This document shows, piece by piece, positions 1 through 11,417 of a stretch of DNA of 64,000 nucleotides. The position numbers and the translations under genes are program-made. The stretch spans positions 192,001-256,000 of the forward strand of contig CAWAOD010000016.1 of the NCBI GenBank assembly GCA_963783575.1, in the 5' to 3' direction. The first letter of the stretch is position 1. Every line of letters starts with the position of its first letter. The DNA is from an uncultured Spirochaetota bacterium (GTDB taxonomy: Bacteria; Spirochaetota; Brevinematia; Brevinematales; JAOACQ01). Below the pieces are notes generated by a model. The model ran no database searches. It was not told where the DNA came from and worked only from the letters and a program-made list of their open reading frames with translations.

Positions 1-240
1 TTAAAATCAAAAAAACTGAAAATATTTTCTATTAGAATCGCAGCATAGCTGCGAGGAATTAACCGGGTCAAGCGGCACGCTTGTTAAATTCCGTATTGTC
101 ACCTGCCAGCTTCCCCCTTTGAAAAGGGGGAATGACTCAAACAAAAAACACCGCACATGAAATATAATTAATACTTATTATAATGCGGTAATTCATTACG
201 GTCAATAATAACCCCTTTAAGAATATATTTTATGGAGGAC

Positions 241-270
241 TTGACAGTAGTATACTTAATATGATATAAT
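241..270 (+). promoter_or_regulatory. sigma70-type promoter of csoR-copA operon
   Basis: TTGACA (241-246), 18-nt spacer, TGn-TATAAT (265-270) upstream of RBS AGGAG and ATG 313. Confidence 0.75.
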
Positions 271-271
271 T

Positions 272-292
272 TATAGGGTAGTGGGGTATACT
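272..292 (+). promoter_or_regulatory. putative CsoR operator
   Basis: TATAGGGTAGTGGGGTATAC: G-tracts flanked by TATA immediately after the -10, resembling G/C-tract CsoR/RcnR operators. Confidence 0.55.
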
Positions 293-312
293 ATTGAAAA
301 GGAGTTTATTTT

Positions 313-627
313 ATGGAAAGAAAATGCGCGCATTGCGATGCCAATGGCGAAAATAAGGCCCATCATTCCGAGAAATTAAAAAACAATATGGTTTCAAGGC
401 TGAACAGGATCGAAGGGCAGATTAGGGGTATAACAAAGATGATCCGGGAAGATGTTTACTGCGATGATGTATTGAACCAGTTTCACTCCGTTGAGGCGGC
501 CCTGAACGGAGTGAAAAAAGTACTTCTGGAAGCCCATTTCAGGAGCTGCGTTTTAGGCCAGATTCATGAAGGAAAAGAGGAAATAGTAGATGAATTTCTT
601 GAGACTGTGGAAAAAATGATATGTTAA
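313..627 (+). CDS. csoR: CsoR/RcnR family metal-sensing repressor
   Basis: RLNRIEGQIRGI..C.D...Q....AL...LLEAH...C motif with Cys/His/Cys ligands; first gene before Cu-ATPase. Confidence 0.9.
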   Translation: MERKCAHCDANGENKAHHSEKLKNNMVSRLNRIEGQIRGITKMIREDVYCDDVLNQFHSVEAALNGVKKVLLEAHFRSCVLGQIHEGKEEIVDEFLETVEKMIC

Positions 628-656
628 ATATTTATATTTGGAGGAATTAAATAACT

Positions 657-3105
657 ATGGAAAAAACAGTAACTTTAGGTATTACCGGAATGTCCTGCGC
701 ATCATGCTCACTGAGGATCGAAAAAGGACTTGCAAAACTTCCGGGGGTCTTGTCGGCAAACGTAAACCTTGCCCTGGAAAAAGCGCAGGTCTCGTTTGAA
801 GATGCCAGGGTCAGGATCGAGGATATTAAAAGTAAAATCGAAAATATAGGTTACGGGGCTATTCTTCCCAGGCAGGAACCGAATAAGAAAAACGGAACCG
901 CAGAGTTCGCGATCAGTGGCATGACCTGTGCTTCCTGTAGCGCGAGGATTGAAAAAAAGCTTGCTTCCCTCGATGGGATATCAAATGCTGCGGTTAATCT
1001 TGCATCCGAAAAAGCCTTTGTCGAATATGACTCAAAGGTAATAAATTCTTTAAGTATGATTAAAGCAATTCATGACCTGGGATACGGTGCGGAAGAGATC
1101 AGGGATGAATCTGTGGATAAGGCGGCCATAGCGCGTAAAAAAGAAATGCGGAAACTGCATATTCTTTTTGTTTCATCCGCTGTGCTTAGTTTTCCGTTAT
1201 TATTGGGAATGCTGTTTATGCTGCTTAAAATTGAAATTCCTTGGCTTGAAAATCCTTACATCCAGCTTGCGCTTGCTACACCGGTGCAGTTCATTATCGG
1301 GTTCAGGTTTTATAGAAACTCATGGCATAATATTAAGTCCCTCTCGCCCGGAATGGATGTCTTGATCGCGCTGGGTACGTCAGCATCATACTTTTTCAGT
1401 TTTTACAACGCCTTTCTGGGCGGCGATCCCAAACAGCTTTATTTTGAAGCCGGAGCCGTAATCATAACTCTTGTACTTCTAGGCAAATACCTGGAATCGG
1501 TCGCAAAGGGGAAAACCTCCGAGGCTATTAAAAAACTCCTGTCGCTTCAGGCTAAGACGGCCCGCATAATCAGGGACGGCATCGAACAGGACATATCCAT
1601 TGAGGAAGTAATTACCGGAGACAGGATAATCGTAAAACCGGGTGAAAAAATACCGGTTGACGGCATTATAATAGAAGGATATTCTTCAATAGATGAGAGT
1701 ATGGTTACCGGGGAAAGCATACCTGTCGAGAAAAAAGCCGGTTCGAATGTAATCGGCGCTACAATGAACCAGAACGGAAGCTTTATTTTTGAGGCCCTTA
1801 AGGTCGGTAAAGACACGATGCTGGCGCAAATTGTTAAGTTTGTGGAGGATGCACAGGGTTCGAAAGCCCCCGTTCAGCACCTGGCCGATAAAGTCGCGGG
1901 AGTTTTTGTCCCCGCGGTTCTGGTTATAGCGCTGATCACTTTTGGAATCTGGATGTTTCTGGGGCATGATCTTGCAGAGAGCCCTGATATCGGCTGTCTC
2001 TGTTCTTGTGATCGCTTGCCCCTGCGCGCTCGGGCTTGCCACGCCGACCGCTATAATGGTAGGAACAGGAAAAGGTGCTGAAAACGGCATTCTTATCAAG
2101 AGCGGCGAAGCCCTGGAAAAGGCATACCGGTTAAGCGCAATTGTTTTTGATAAAACCGGGACCATCACAAAAGGCAGGCCGGAACTGACCGATATTACAC
2201 CTGTCAACGGTTTCACGGAAGATGATGTTCTGCAGTATGCGGCCATAGCCGAAAATAATTCCAGCCACCCGCTTTCAAAACCCATTGTTGATAAGGCAAA
2301 AGAGAAAAACATTCTGGGGTCATCCGAGAAATTCGAAAACATCCCCGGAAAGGGCGTAATTGCTTATTACAAAGGGAAAGAAATATTGTTTGGAAATAAA
2401 ATGCTTTTAACGGAAAATCATATTGATATTCAGAACACCGGTTCCATAATGGAAAAACTGGAAAGCGAGGGAAAAACCGCCATGCTGGCAGCATACGGCG
2501 GAAAGGCCGCCGGTGTGATAGCTGTCGCTGACACAATAAAAGAGAATTCACATATGACAATTCAAGCTTTACAGAAAATGGGGATTAAAACCATAATGAT
2601 AACCGGCGACAATGCCGGGACGGCGAAGGCGATAGCAAAACAGGCGGGGATAGAAAAGGTGATAGCCGAGGTTTTACCGGGCGATAAGGCAAAAGAAATA
2701 GAACTTTTAAAAGAAGCAGGGGAAATTGTCGCGATGGTTGGAGACGGCATAAATGACGCTCCGGCCCTGGCCGCGTCGGACATCGGCATCGCTATCGGCG
2801 CCGGAACGGATATCGCAATTGAGGCCTCGGATATAACACTCGTCAGGAACGACCTTATGGCAATCGTTGACGCAATAAGGCTGTCCAGGAAAACCATGGG
2901 GAAAATCAAACAGAATCTTTTCTGGGCTTTTGTTTACAACTGCATCGGCATACCTTTTGCCGCTTTCGGGCTCTTAAACCCTGTAATCGCAGGGGGCGCA
3001 ATGGCCTTCAGCTCGGTTTCGGTTGTGACAAATTCTCTTTCTTTGAAAAGGGTTAAATTGGGTAATTTTATAAAAAAACAGGAGTTACATTATGAGCACG
3101 CGTAA
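657..3105 (+). pseudogene. copA: Cu(I)-translocating P1B-type ATPase split by one +1 frameshift near 1971-1974 (possibly a sequencing error)
   Basis: ORF 657-2081: two GMxCASC HMA domains, TGES; ORF 1942-3105: [18 protein letters not shown] and MAFSS motifs; removing one base in GATCTTGCAG joins them. Confidence 0.9.
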
Positions 3106-4855
3106 GATTTTTAAAATTGAAGGAATGTCCTGCCATCATTGTGAGGACACGATCGAACGGTCTTTGAAAACAAAAGGTATTCTGAAAGTGGAAGCGCATC
3201 ATGCGAAAAAATTCGCAAGAATTGAGTATGATCAGGATATGGTATCCGAAAAAGAGATTAAACAAATTATTAATGAAGCCGGATACCAGGTTACGGAAGT
3301 AATTGAGGATAACGGCCCGGATAAAAAGACAGTTGAAATCGCGCAGTTTGTCGGCATTACAATTGCTTTGCTGGGTATATATTTCCTGATCCAGAAAACG
3401 GTCGGTTTCAATTTTATTCCCCAGGTCAATTCAACAATGGGATTCGGTATGATATTTGTTGTCGGCCTCATAACTTCTCTTCACTGCGTGGCGATGTGCG
3501 GGGGAATCAGCATTTCCCAGTGTGTGGAAAAGGAGGGCAATAAATATACGAACGGTATATTTTATAATGCCGGAAGAGTTGTTTCTTATACAATTCTCGG
3601 CGGAATAATCGGAGCGCTCGGTTCCGTGTTCAATTTCTCCCCGGCTGTAAAAGGCGGAATTGCTCTCGGCGCAGGGATCCTTATGGTGTTTGTCGGACTC
3701 AGAATGGCCGGTGTATTTTCTTTTCTTAAGAAGATTAAAATTCCTGGCAGCGATATTTTTTCAAAACTTACGCCCAAAAAAGCAGGCTTAAAGGCCTATC
3801 GCTATGGACCATTTTTTGTCGGACTTTTAAACGGCCTGATGCCATGCGCCCCTCTTCAGGCGATGCAGCTTTACGCGCTTGGAACAGGAAGCGCGCTGAC
3901 AGGCGCTTTATCGATGTTCTTTTTCTCATTGGGAACCGTTCCGCTGGTGTTCGGACTGGGTACCGCGGCATCTTTATTTACGCGTAAATTTTCCGGCGGG
4001 CTTATCCGGATCAGCGCAATAATAGTTATTTTTCTCGGCCTGGTTATGGTAAACCGCGGTATGTCATTGTCCGGTAAAATACTTCTGCCTGTAGCCGCGA
4101 ATGGAAACACGGCGGAAGTACAGAATGGTATTCAGGTAATCAGGAGTGTTTTCAAGGCGAACAGCTATGCTCCAATCACTGTGCAGAAAGGCATACCTGT
4201 GAAGTGGATCATTTCGATAGCAGATGATGATCTCAACGGTTGTAATGGAACCATGATTATTCCGGAATATAATATCAATAAAAAACTAGCGCCGGGTGAA
4301 AACATCGTCAATTTCACTCCAGCCAGAAGCGGTACGATCGGTTATTCATGCTGGATGGGTATGATCCGAAGTTCCATCACGGTTGTTGAAGGCCGGAATA
4401 ATTCTTCCGCCATCGCTCAGACGAACACGGATACACCGCTGCCAAATGCGGCGCCGGTTACCGATTCGGATATCTTTGTCTCAAAAAGCAATGGCATTGA
4501 GGAAGTCAAAATCCATGTTAACGCTACCGGCTATACACCGAGAATGATTGTCCTAAAAAAGAATACCAGGGCTCGTTTCACTTTCATTGTAGATCAGCTA
4601 TCAGGGTGCAATACCTTTGTCGTTTTCCCTGAATACCGGGGAGGATTGGATTTAAGCAAAGGCCAGACTCAAACTCCCGAGCTGAACATTACTCAGGACT
4701 TTCACATACGTTGCGGAATGGGAATGCTGAACGCCACTGTCAAAGTTGTGGACGATCCCTCTAAAATCGACCGCGAAGCCTTAAAAAAACAAGCTGCCGC
4801 AATCGTATCCGGTCAAACCGGAGGTTGCTGTTCGATATCACCTCCCAGAAGTTGA
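3092..4855 (+). CDS. HMA domain + TauE/SafE (DsbD_2-like) membrane domain + two cupredoxin-like domains
   Basis: [17 protein letters not shown] and GLMPC in TM region; CWMGM and CGMGM C-terminal Cu motifs. Confidence 0.8.
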   Translation: MSTRKIFKIEGMSCHHCEDTIERSLKTKGILKVEAHHAKKFARIEYDQDMVSEKEIKQIINEAGYQVTEVIEDNGPDKKTVEIAQFVGITIALLGIYFLIQKTVGFNFIPQVNSTMGFGMIFVVGLITSLHCVAMCGGISISQCVEKEGNKYTNGIFYNAGRVVSYTILGGIIGALGSVFNFSPAVKGGIALGAGILMVFVGLRMAGVFSFLKKIKIPGSDIFSKLTPKKAGLKAYRYGPFFVGLLNGLMPCAPLQAMQLYALGTGSALTGALSMFFFSLGTVPLVFGLGTAASLFTRKFSGGLIRISAIIVIFLGLVMVNRGMSLSGKILLPVAANGNTAEVQNGIQVIRSVFKANSYAPITVQKGIPVKWIISIADDDLNGCNGTMIIPEYNINKKLAPGENIVNFTPARSGTIGYSCWMGMIRSSITVVEGRNNSSAIAQTNTDTPLPNAAPVTDSDIFVSKSNGIEEVKIHVNATGYTPRMIVLKKNTRARFTFIVDQLSGCNTFVVFPEYRGGLDLSKGQTQTPELNITQDFHIRCGMGMLNATVKVVDDPSKIDREALKKQAAAIVSGQTGGCCSISPPRS

Positions 4856-4871
4856 GGAATATAAACGTCTT

Positions 4872-4899
4872 ACAGGCGGATATTCTATTCCGCCTGTTT
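4872..4899 (+). terminator. hairpin terminator
   Basis: ACAGGCGGA..TCCGCCTGT followed by TT after operon end. Confidence 0.6.
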
Positions 4900-5045
4900 G
4901 ATTTCACCCTATGCCGGTTATCGCTATATATTCGGCAATATAAATCTGGATGGATTGAACGATTCTTCTCTCCGGAATTTTAATTTTGGGATCAACCTGG
5001 ATTTTGGTATATTTTAAATACTAATTTTCTTAGTATTTATCCTTA

Positions 5046-5074
5046 TTGACTTCTAACCCTGATCTGTTTATATT
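5046..5074 (+). promoter_or_regulatory. sigma70-type promoter
   Basis: TTGACT-17 nt-TATATT upstream of AGGAGG and ATG 5102. Confidence 0.55.
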
Positions 5075-5101
5075 GAATTATAAAACAAAAGGAGGCGCGT
5101 A

Positions 5102-6043
5102 ATGTCCAATAGATTATTTAAAGGGGTTTTGTTGTTGAGTATAGCGCTGGTTATTCCCGCAATTGCTTCAACGCAGAGTATGATGGGCTGGGGGAATGGG
5201 AGCGGAGGGATGATGGGCGGTTTTTATAACAACCGGGGCGAAGCGGTGGAAAAATCCGAAAAAGTCCGGTCGGTTCTTTCCGAAATACGCAAGGAGCAGG
5301 GTTTGAAGGAAGGGGAGCCGGTCAATGCTGATAAAGTCAGCCCGAAGCTTCTGGGCGAACTTGGGGATGAGGTCATGGAAGTTGTTATCGGAAATCACGA
5401 GAGGCATGAATGGATGGACAATATGATGGGAGGGGAAGGCTCCGCAAGACTGGAAAATATTCATGAGCAGATGGGATACCGGTATCTTCTGGGATTACCA
5501 ATAGGAATGATGGGCTGGGGTTACGGAACCGGAGGAACGGGGAACGGTTACAACGGCGGTATGATGGGCGGCTACGGCAATATGATGGGATATTATGGGG
5601 GCTTTTACGGCAATAATCCGTATATACCTATGATGTCATTAGGCTCTTTTATGGGTATGGGTACGCTTATGGACATCAACTGGATATTGGATTACAGGTT
5701 TGCCGATTTTTTAGGACTGACAAAGGATCAGGTGAAAAAAATAACTGACTTGAAGCTTTCATATGAAAAAGATGTCGATCCGGTTCGATCGCAATTACTG
5801 GATAAAAGAAAACAGATTTTCGATCTCTGGTCGGCAGCAAAGCCTGATGAAGATGCTATAAAAAACGCGGATAAAGATGTTTTAAATTTAATTTCTGCCA
5901 TCTCCGACAAGGGGACCGAATACCGGATCAAAGTCCTTCAGATATTGACACCCGATCAGCGGAAGAAAATGGACTATAATGGGATGACGGATTATCAAAA
6001 CCGGTACTTAAACCGGAATGAGCAGGGTAAAACAAATAAATAA
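5102..6043 (+). CDS. exported Met/Gly-rich protein with C-terminal Spy/CpxP/ZraP-like domain
   Basis: signal peptide, GMMG repeats, LGLTKDQ...ILTPDQR (LTxxQ) motifs. Confidence 0.7.
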   Translation: MSNRLFKGVLLLSIALVIPAIASTQSMMGWGNGSGGMMGGFYNNRGEAVEKSEKVRSVLSEIRKEQGLKEGEPVNADKVSPKLLGELGDEVMEVVIGNHERHEWMDNMMGGEGSARLENIHEQMGYRYLLGLPIGMMGWGYGTGGTGNGYNGGMMGGYGNMMGYYGGFYGNNPYIPMMSLGSFMGMGTLMDINWILDYRFADFLGLTKDQVKKITDLKLSYEKDVDPVRSQLLDKRKQIFDLWSAAKPDEDAIKNADKDVLNLISAISDKGTEYRIKVLQILTPDQRKKMDYNGMTDYQNRYLNRNEQGKTNK

Positions 6044-6074
6044 AGAAAGTAAAAAAACTATTTAAGGAGGATTT

Positions 6075-6728
6075 ATGCTTAAAAGAAGTGCAATCTACCT
6101 GTTCAGTCTTGTACTGCTTATTTGTTTTTCAGGCGTTTTTGCCGTTGATGATACGCCTAAAAGCATAGAAGCGGTAATGAATGAAATCAGACAGGAACAG
6201 GGGCTTAAAACGAATGAAACTATCAATGTTAACAAAGTAAGCCCGGCGAAGCTGGAAGAGCTCGGCGACTCAGTGATGGAAGCTATGATAGGCAACCACG
6301 CTTTGCACGAACAGATGGACAGAATGATGGGCGGGGAAGGATCGGCATCGCTTACAGCTTTACATCAGAGGATCGGGTATAACTACCTGGCCGGATATCC
6401 GCTCGGAATGATGGGATTGATGGGCGGAGGCATGTTGGGTTACCCGTTTAATACTGCCAATGCTGGCAGAGGAGGATATATGATGGGTGGATACGGTTAC
6501 GGCGGATATGGCCCGGGTATGATGGGCTGGTTCGGCTGGGGAGGCATGTTTATGGGGCTGATATTTCTTGTTATATTGGTTTTGATAATTGTCTTTGCGG
6601 TAAGGGCGGCAAGCGGGAGCGCTTTCAGATTTTCAGGTTCGGAAACAGCGCTGGATATCCTGAAAAAACGATATGCAAAGGGCGAGATATCAAAGGAAGA
6701 TTTTGACAGGATGAAAAAGGATATATAG
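6075..6728 (+). CDS. Met/Gly-rich membrane protein with C-terminal SHOCT domain
   Basis: signal peptide, GMMG repeats, TM helix, ALDILKKRYAKGEISKEDFDRMK. Confidence 0.75.
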   Translation: MLKRSAIYLFSLVLLICFSGVFAVDDTPKSIEAVMNEIRQEQGLKTNETINVNKVSPAKLEELGDSVMEAMIGNHALHEQMDRMMGGEGSASLTALHQRIGYNYLAGYPLGMMGLMGGGMLGYPFNTANAGRGGYMMGGYGYGGYGPGMMGWFGWGGMFMGLIFLVILVLIIVFAVRAASGSAFRFSGSETALDILKKRYAKGEISKEDFDRMKKDI

Positions 6729-6843
6729 TTTTTTAATTTGCCGGTGCCCGATGACTTCGGCTTTTATAAACAGAATAAGTCATATTTCTTGATGAAGATA
6801 AACAAAAACAATTCCTCGCAATAACGGCAATTTTTATTATACC

Positions 6844-6868
6844 AGCCTGGGGGACCCCCCAGGCTTTT
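6844..6868 (+). terminator. hairpin terminator between convergent genes
   Basis: AGCCTGGGGG-AC-CCCCCAGGCT followed by TTT. Confidence 0.65.
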
Positions 6869-6922
6869 ACTTTCTGTCTTTAATAAAACCCTGGCTCCTG
6901 CCGAACCAGAGGGGCATGCCTG

Positions 6923-7411
6923 TTAAAAATAACCGATCCCATTCTGGAGGTCGGCGACGGTTATTAGAACTTTACAGTTTTTGAAATTCCGATCAAGCGG
7001 TATGGGGTTGCACGAACCTGTTTCCGTATTGATCTTCACGGAAGGATAACGTTTCCCGCAATTGTTACAGACCGTAAAATCGCCTTCCTGATGGAATCCC
7101 TTTTTAGATCTATAACAGATTACACATCCGTCAAAAGCCGCACGGATTACACCGTCAGATGAACGTATTACCAGAAAACGGACGCTGGCATCTTTGAACC
7201 TGTAAATATAAAATTTAGCTACTCCGGCTGCGAAATCTTTTTCCGAAAATTCCAGGACTCCATTTTTATCCTGCACAACCTTGAAAGGAACTGCCGAATT
7301 TGCCTTTTCTACTGCCGGGTTGCCTTTTTGCGCCCACATCATACCTGATATGAAGAATCCCGACAAAATAACCATTGATAAAATTTTTTTATTTAATATA
7401 TATCCGATCAT
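6923..7411 (-). CDS. DUF2318-like exported Cys-rich (metal/Fe-S binding) protein
   Basis: AFDGCVIC, CNNCG, GSCNPIP motifs; N-terminal signal/TM. Confidence 0.75.
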   Translation of the reverse strand: MIGYILNKKILSMVILSGFFISGMMWAQKGNPAVEKANSAVPFKVVQDKNGVLEFSEKDFAAGVAKFYIYRFKDASVRFLVIRSSDGVIRAAFDGCVICYRSKKGFHQEGDFTVCNNCGKRYPSVKINTETGSCNPIPLDRNFKNCKVLITVADLQNGIGYF

Positions 7412-7502
7412 GTATTTCTCCTCTTAATTTAAAATTCAATATGTAAGTTTATGATGTTAAAAATATAAAAAAATAAGAATTGTATTTGGTAGATTTGAGT
7501 TA

Positions 7503-7895
7503 TCAGCAGAGAAGCCGGATTTTTTTGATCATGAAATAATAAACTGTTGAGTTTTTATCAGTAACTTTATTTGACCTAAGTAAGGATATAATATCAGTAT
7601 TGTTTAAAGCAAGGAAAGTTTTAAATAAAGTACTTACGGCCTTTTCTTTTATTTCGGGATTTAGCGTGTCGGGAACGCTGCCGGATTGAAAGATATCCTT
7701 GATATTAAAGCAGGATTGTGTATTTTGTGTTATGTAGTTCCGAATATTACCATTAGAGCAACCGTCATTTTCACATGAAGAAAATACTTTATTGTATGTT
7801 TAACTATGATGAAAATAACACTTTATGCTTTCTATCGAGAAATGCAGTAGACTTAAAATAAAAAAAGGCAGTATGAATGCTTTTTTATAAACCAT
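7503..7895 (-). pseudogene. possible small exported protein split by a +1 frameshift near 7801
   Basis: MVYKKAFILPFFILSLLHF... stops after 31 codons; a ~100-codon open frame continues at +1. Confidence 0.3.
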
Positions 7896-8002
7896 ATAAT
7901 TATAATAAACTGCATAAAGAAAATAATCAAGAAATCTCCTCCGGTTATTAAGAAGGCCGGCGAGCGGAATATCTCACCGGCACCAACTAACATTTTCAAA
8001 AC

Positions 8003-8656
8003 TTACTGGTGGAAACCAACCTGCATAATGAAAAGCGGCTGCTCATCCTTGCCGAGCTTTAAAACCGAAGCAATATCCTTCGGCTTGATATTGTACATTA
8101 TGATAGAATCCATTTTCATGGCGCCTGCCGCAAGCGCGGCGTTCTGAGCGCCGTAACTTGCCGATCCGTCCACAATCTGCGAAACCATAGCCGCATTACC
8201 TTTTAAGAAAGCCGGAACTTTTGAATTGTCATAGGTAAAGAGTATGATGAAAGCCGAAGTTTTAATAACTTCAGGAGTCAGCGAACTGCGTAAATCACCG
8301 TTTGCTATCAGCTTTAGCTGATTATTCACCGGGTCGTACGCATAGGCGCCTTTGTCATTAAAAAGATAAACGTTGATATAGTCAACGTCACCCGATATTG
8401 GAATGGTCCTGTTGGCTTTACTGGCGGAAGTTACAGCGTCGGCTCCTTTTTTCAGCCCGTTTGCCGCCCACAGGATTGTCGAAAGATCCTCAGGCGCGGC
8501 ATCATGTTTAACAAAATTCCTGGCTGCCTTTCTTCCATTGATTGCCTCCAGCAGGTCGATTCCCAGCTTTGCTTTCGGTTCGGGAAGGGAGATGTCCTGT
8601 CCGAATAGCATTGCCGCCATAAAGATAAGGATAATTGAGAGAATAATTTTCTTCAT
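8003..8656 (-). CDS. nitroreductase family protein with signal peptide
   Basis: LLEAINGRKAARNF..LSTILWAANG..RT.P; start placed at ATG 8656 after GGAGG. Confidence 0.8.
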   Translation of the reverse strand: MKKIILSIILIFMAAMLFGQDISLPEPKAKLGIDLLEAINGRKAARNFVKHDAAPEDLSTILWAANGLKKGADAVTSASKANRTIPISGDVDYINVYLFNDKGAYAYDPVNNQLKLIANGDLRSSLTPEVIKTSAFIILFTYDNSKVPAFLKGNAAMVSQIVDGSASYGAQNAALAAGAMKMDSIIMYNIKPKDIASVLKLGKDEQPLFIMQVGFHQ

Positions 8657-8723
8657 TGAAATCCTCCTATAATAATCATTATTTCTCATATTAGAATATA
8701 AAAAAACAGATATCCGTTCTCTT

Positions 8724-9062
8724 TTACAGGGCTTCTTCCCCGGCCTGTCCCGTCCGGATTTGAACTGCTTCTTCAATCTGGCTGATGAATATCTTACCGT
8801 CGCCATGCTGACCGGAATGGCATATTGTACGTATTTTTTCCACGATATTCTTCACCAGGGGGTCGCTTGTAAAGATTTCCAGTTTGGTTTTCGGTACTAA
8901 TGCCACATCGCCCTCGGCAAACTCAATTAAGCTCTGGTGCCCCCGCTGGTGGCCGAAGCCTCCTGCTTCAATCACCGTAATTCCCTGTACTCCCATGTCG
9001 GAAAGCGCTTTTTGAACTTCCGCAAGCTTTGATCTTCTGATAATCGCCTCAATTTTTTTCAA
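8724..9062 (-). CDS. P-II family nitrogen regulator
   Basis: MKKIEAIIR, GFGHQRG, PKTKLEI, GDGKIF, IRTGQAG. Confidence 0.9.
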   Translation of the reverse strand: MKKIEAIIRRSKLAEVQKALSDMGVQGITVIEAGGFGHQRGHQSLIEFAEGDVALVPKTKLEIFTSDPLVKNIVEKIRTICHSGQHGDGKIFISQIEEAVQIRTGQAGEEAL

Positions 9063-9210
9063 GCATACCTCCCGGATTAAAATAACCTATTAAAATTAAA
9101 CATTAATTTGAAAATTTTCAATTAAAAGAAAAAAATTTGGAGGATTTTTTTATATAAAGAAATATTAGTATGGCAAAAGTAAGAATGAGAGTAAGCTTGC
9201 GAAATGGCTT

Positions 9211-10518
9211 TTATGGTTTTTTATTCTGAAGCAGCCAATTATAGAATTCCGGATCCATATATGTATCGGTCCAAACATCATGATCATGATCTTTCAAAAT
9301 TGTGAACCTGATATTGACCCCTGAATTATTGAAATCATTTATTGTATTCTGAGCTTTATTCACCGGAACAATAATATCATCCGACCCATGAATCTCCCAT
9401 CCCGGAATCTGTTTTAACCTGCTTAAAGGAATGTCTTTCATTTCCGCTTCTTCCCGGTAGTAAGCGGAATCATATTTTGCCTGAAACCCCGATAACGAAG
9501 CAATTGCGGCGAATTTTTCAGGGTGTTCTAAGGCAAAACGGTAAGTTGCCTCTCCGCCCATGCTAATCCCTGTCAGATAAACCCTCTTTTCGTCAACCCT
9601 GTAATTACCCATCACCTCATCGAGCACACCTTCGAGATAACGTTTAGGAAATGAACGGAAATCCTTCGACAGATTCAAAATCGGAGCAACAATGATAAAA
9701 GAAAGCGGGCCTTTTTCCCGGATCATCATATATGGGCTTGCCTTTGCAAGCAGGAATACATTTGTACCGCGGTCGCCCGTTCCATGAAGGAATAAGATTA
9801 AAGGCCATTTCTCATTGGTTTTCTCTTCATATCCCTCCGGGAGATATATCATATAGCCTTTTCCGTAATTATTCAATTCAGTATTTTTATAATTCCTTGT
9901 ATAAATTCGTTTGCCAGCCAGGTATGCCTGATAATCTTTATATACATAAAATGATTTATTACGGCCCAATTCGATTTTATCAGGACCTCTAAAGTTTCCG
10001 TATGACATTTCACCGATCAGGCGGTCTTTTGTTTTATTATATCTTAATTTGAGAAGACCAGGGATTACTGTAAATTGTCCGGTCCAAAATGCGGCTTCAA
10101 TTGAAGGGCTTTCTCCCTTAACAACTTTAAATCTTATTTTTTCGATTCCCGCAGGATATTGCAGATTATAACCGTAGTAAATTACTGCCTCCCCGCCCCG
10201 ATCATTAATCTTTTTTATGCTCAGTATTATTTTCATATCCATCTTTACCGGAGGATTATAGTTATACCCTTCCCATCTCCCCGGAAAAGGCTGCAAATCT
10301 TCGGAAAGATCTTTTGACGGAGATGAAACAGGCACTTTGCCAAGGATTAAAAATTTATTAGTATCTTCATCCGAATTAGAATGAAGTTTTACAAAGTCTT
10401 CTCCTGAAATTTCCGCTACAGGCGATATCACTTTATTTATTATAAAATAAAATGAAAATACACATACGATAATAACAAGCCCTGTAATAACCGTTATTAA
10501 TTTTGTCTTTTTAATCAT
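9211..10518 (-). CDS. membrane-anchored alpha/beta hydrolase (esterase/peptidase)
   Basis: PLILFLHGTG, GISMGG nucleophile elbow, HGSDD, HDVW. Confidence 0.8.
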   Translation of the reverse strand: MIKKTKLITVITGLVIIVCVFSFYFIINKVISPVAEISGEDFVKLHSNSDEDTNKFLILGKVPVSSPSKDLSEDLQPFPGRWEGYNYNPPVKMDMKIILSIKKINDRGGEAVIYYGYNLQYPAGIEKIRFKVVKGESPSIEAAFWTGQFTVIPGLLKLRYNKTKDRLIGEMSYGNFRGPDKIELGRNKSFYVYKDYQAYLAGKRIYTRNYKNTELNNYGKGYMIYLPEGYEEKTNEKWPLILFLHGTGDRGTNVFLLAKASPYMMIREKGPLSFIIVAPILNLSKDFRSFPKRYLEGVLDEVMGNYRVDEKRVYLTGISMGGEATYRFALEHPEKFAAIASLSGFQAKYDSAYYREEAEMKDIPLSRLKQIPGWEIHGSDDIIVPVNKAQNTINDFNNSGVNIRFTILKDHDHDVWTDTYMDPEFYNWLLQNKKP

Positions 10519-10846
10519 AATTCTTATTCTCCTTCTGATTTAATAAATTATAGTCAGCAGTTGAATTTTAATCAAAAAAACTGGGGGGGTTGACCTTATA
10601 AATAAATCATTTTGAATTGCCGATTTTGTTTCCCCGCTTGAATGATATTCTGCGAACCGTAATCAAGGGCATTCCAATCCGTTTCTGCCATTTTCAACAA
10701 GGGCTTCCTGCTATTCTGCATTTATAATACCCCGCAGCGCTTGCACTGAGCTAGTCGAGAGTGTGCTGTGCTGCGGGGATAGTTTATTATCGAACCGTAA
10801 TATTTCTATATATTGAGACAATATTGAGATGCTGCTATAATATAAT

Positions 10847-11401
10847 TTGAGGGATAAAGTGATAGAAAAGTATTTAAAACTGTTTGGACTCAATCCGGAT
10901 GCGGCTTTAAGCGATGTCAAAAAAGCTTATAGAATGCTAGCTAAAAAAAATCATCCCGACCGTTTTACTGATGATGAACAAAAAAAAGATCAGGAATTAA
11001 TAATGATCAGGATAAATGAGGCCTATAAAAAGATTATTGAATATTTTAAAAGCAAGAAAACAGAACCAATATCTGATCAGAAACAAGAAAGCGATTATGA
11101 GCTTTACAAAAAAGGCATCGGATACTTTAACAAATGCTACGAAGGCATACTTGTTAAAATGGAAAAACATGACTTGAAAGAAAAAGAAAATAGCCTTATA
11201 AAAGCCGGATCATATTTCTCAAAAGTTTTGGAGGAATATCCCGAAAGCGACTGGGCTTTTGATTCGGAAATAAAATTGAGGAAAATCGAAAAGATGCTTT
11301 CGAATCTCAGAGACTTAAATTCAAATTTCGAAACTCAGCCTTTGCCCCGTAAAGATCAAGACTTTTATGCTCATAAATTCAAAAAGATGTTCGAAAAATA
11401 A
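10847..11401 (+). CDS. J-domain protein (start may be GTG 10859)
   Basis: VKKAYRMLAKKNHPD..INEAY; TPR-like C-terminal helices. Confidence 0.8.
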   Translation: MRDKVIEKYLKLFGLNPDAALSDVKKAYRMLAKKNHPDRFTDDEQKKDQELIMIRINEAYKKIIEYFKSKKTEPISDQKQESDYELYKKGIGYFNKCYEGILVKMEKHDLKEKENSLIKAGSYFSKVLEEYPESDWAFDSEIKLRKIEKMLSNLRDLNSNFETQPLPRKDQDFYAHKFKKMFEK

Positions 11402-11417
11402 TTATATTCTTATGCCG

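Noticed and set aside
1942..2081. Programmed frameshift in copA giving a separate chaperone
   Set aside because: The break lies in the TM region just before CPC, not after the HMA domains, and there is no slippery heptamer.
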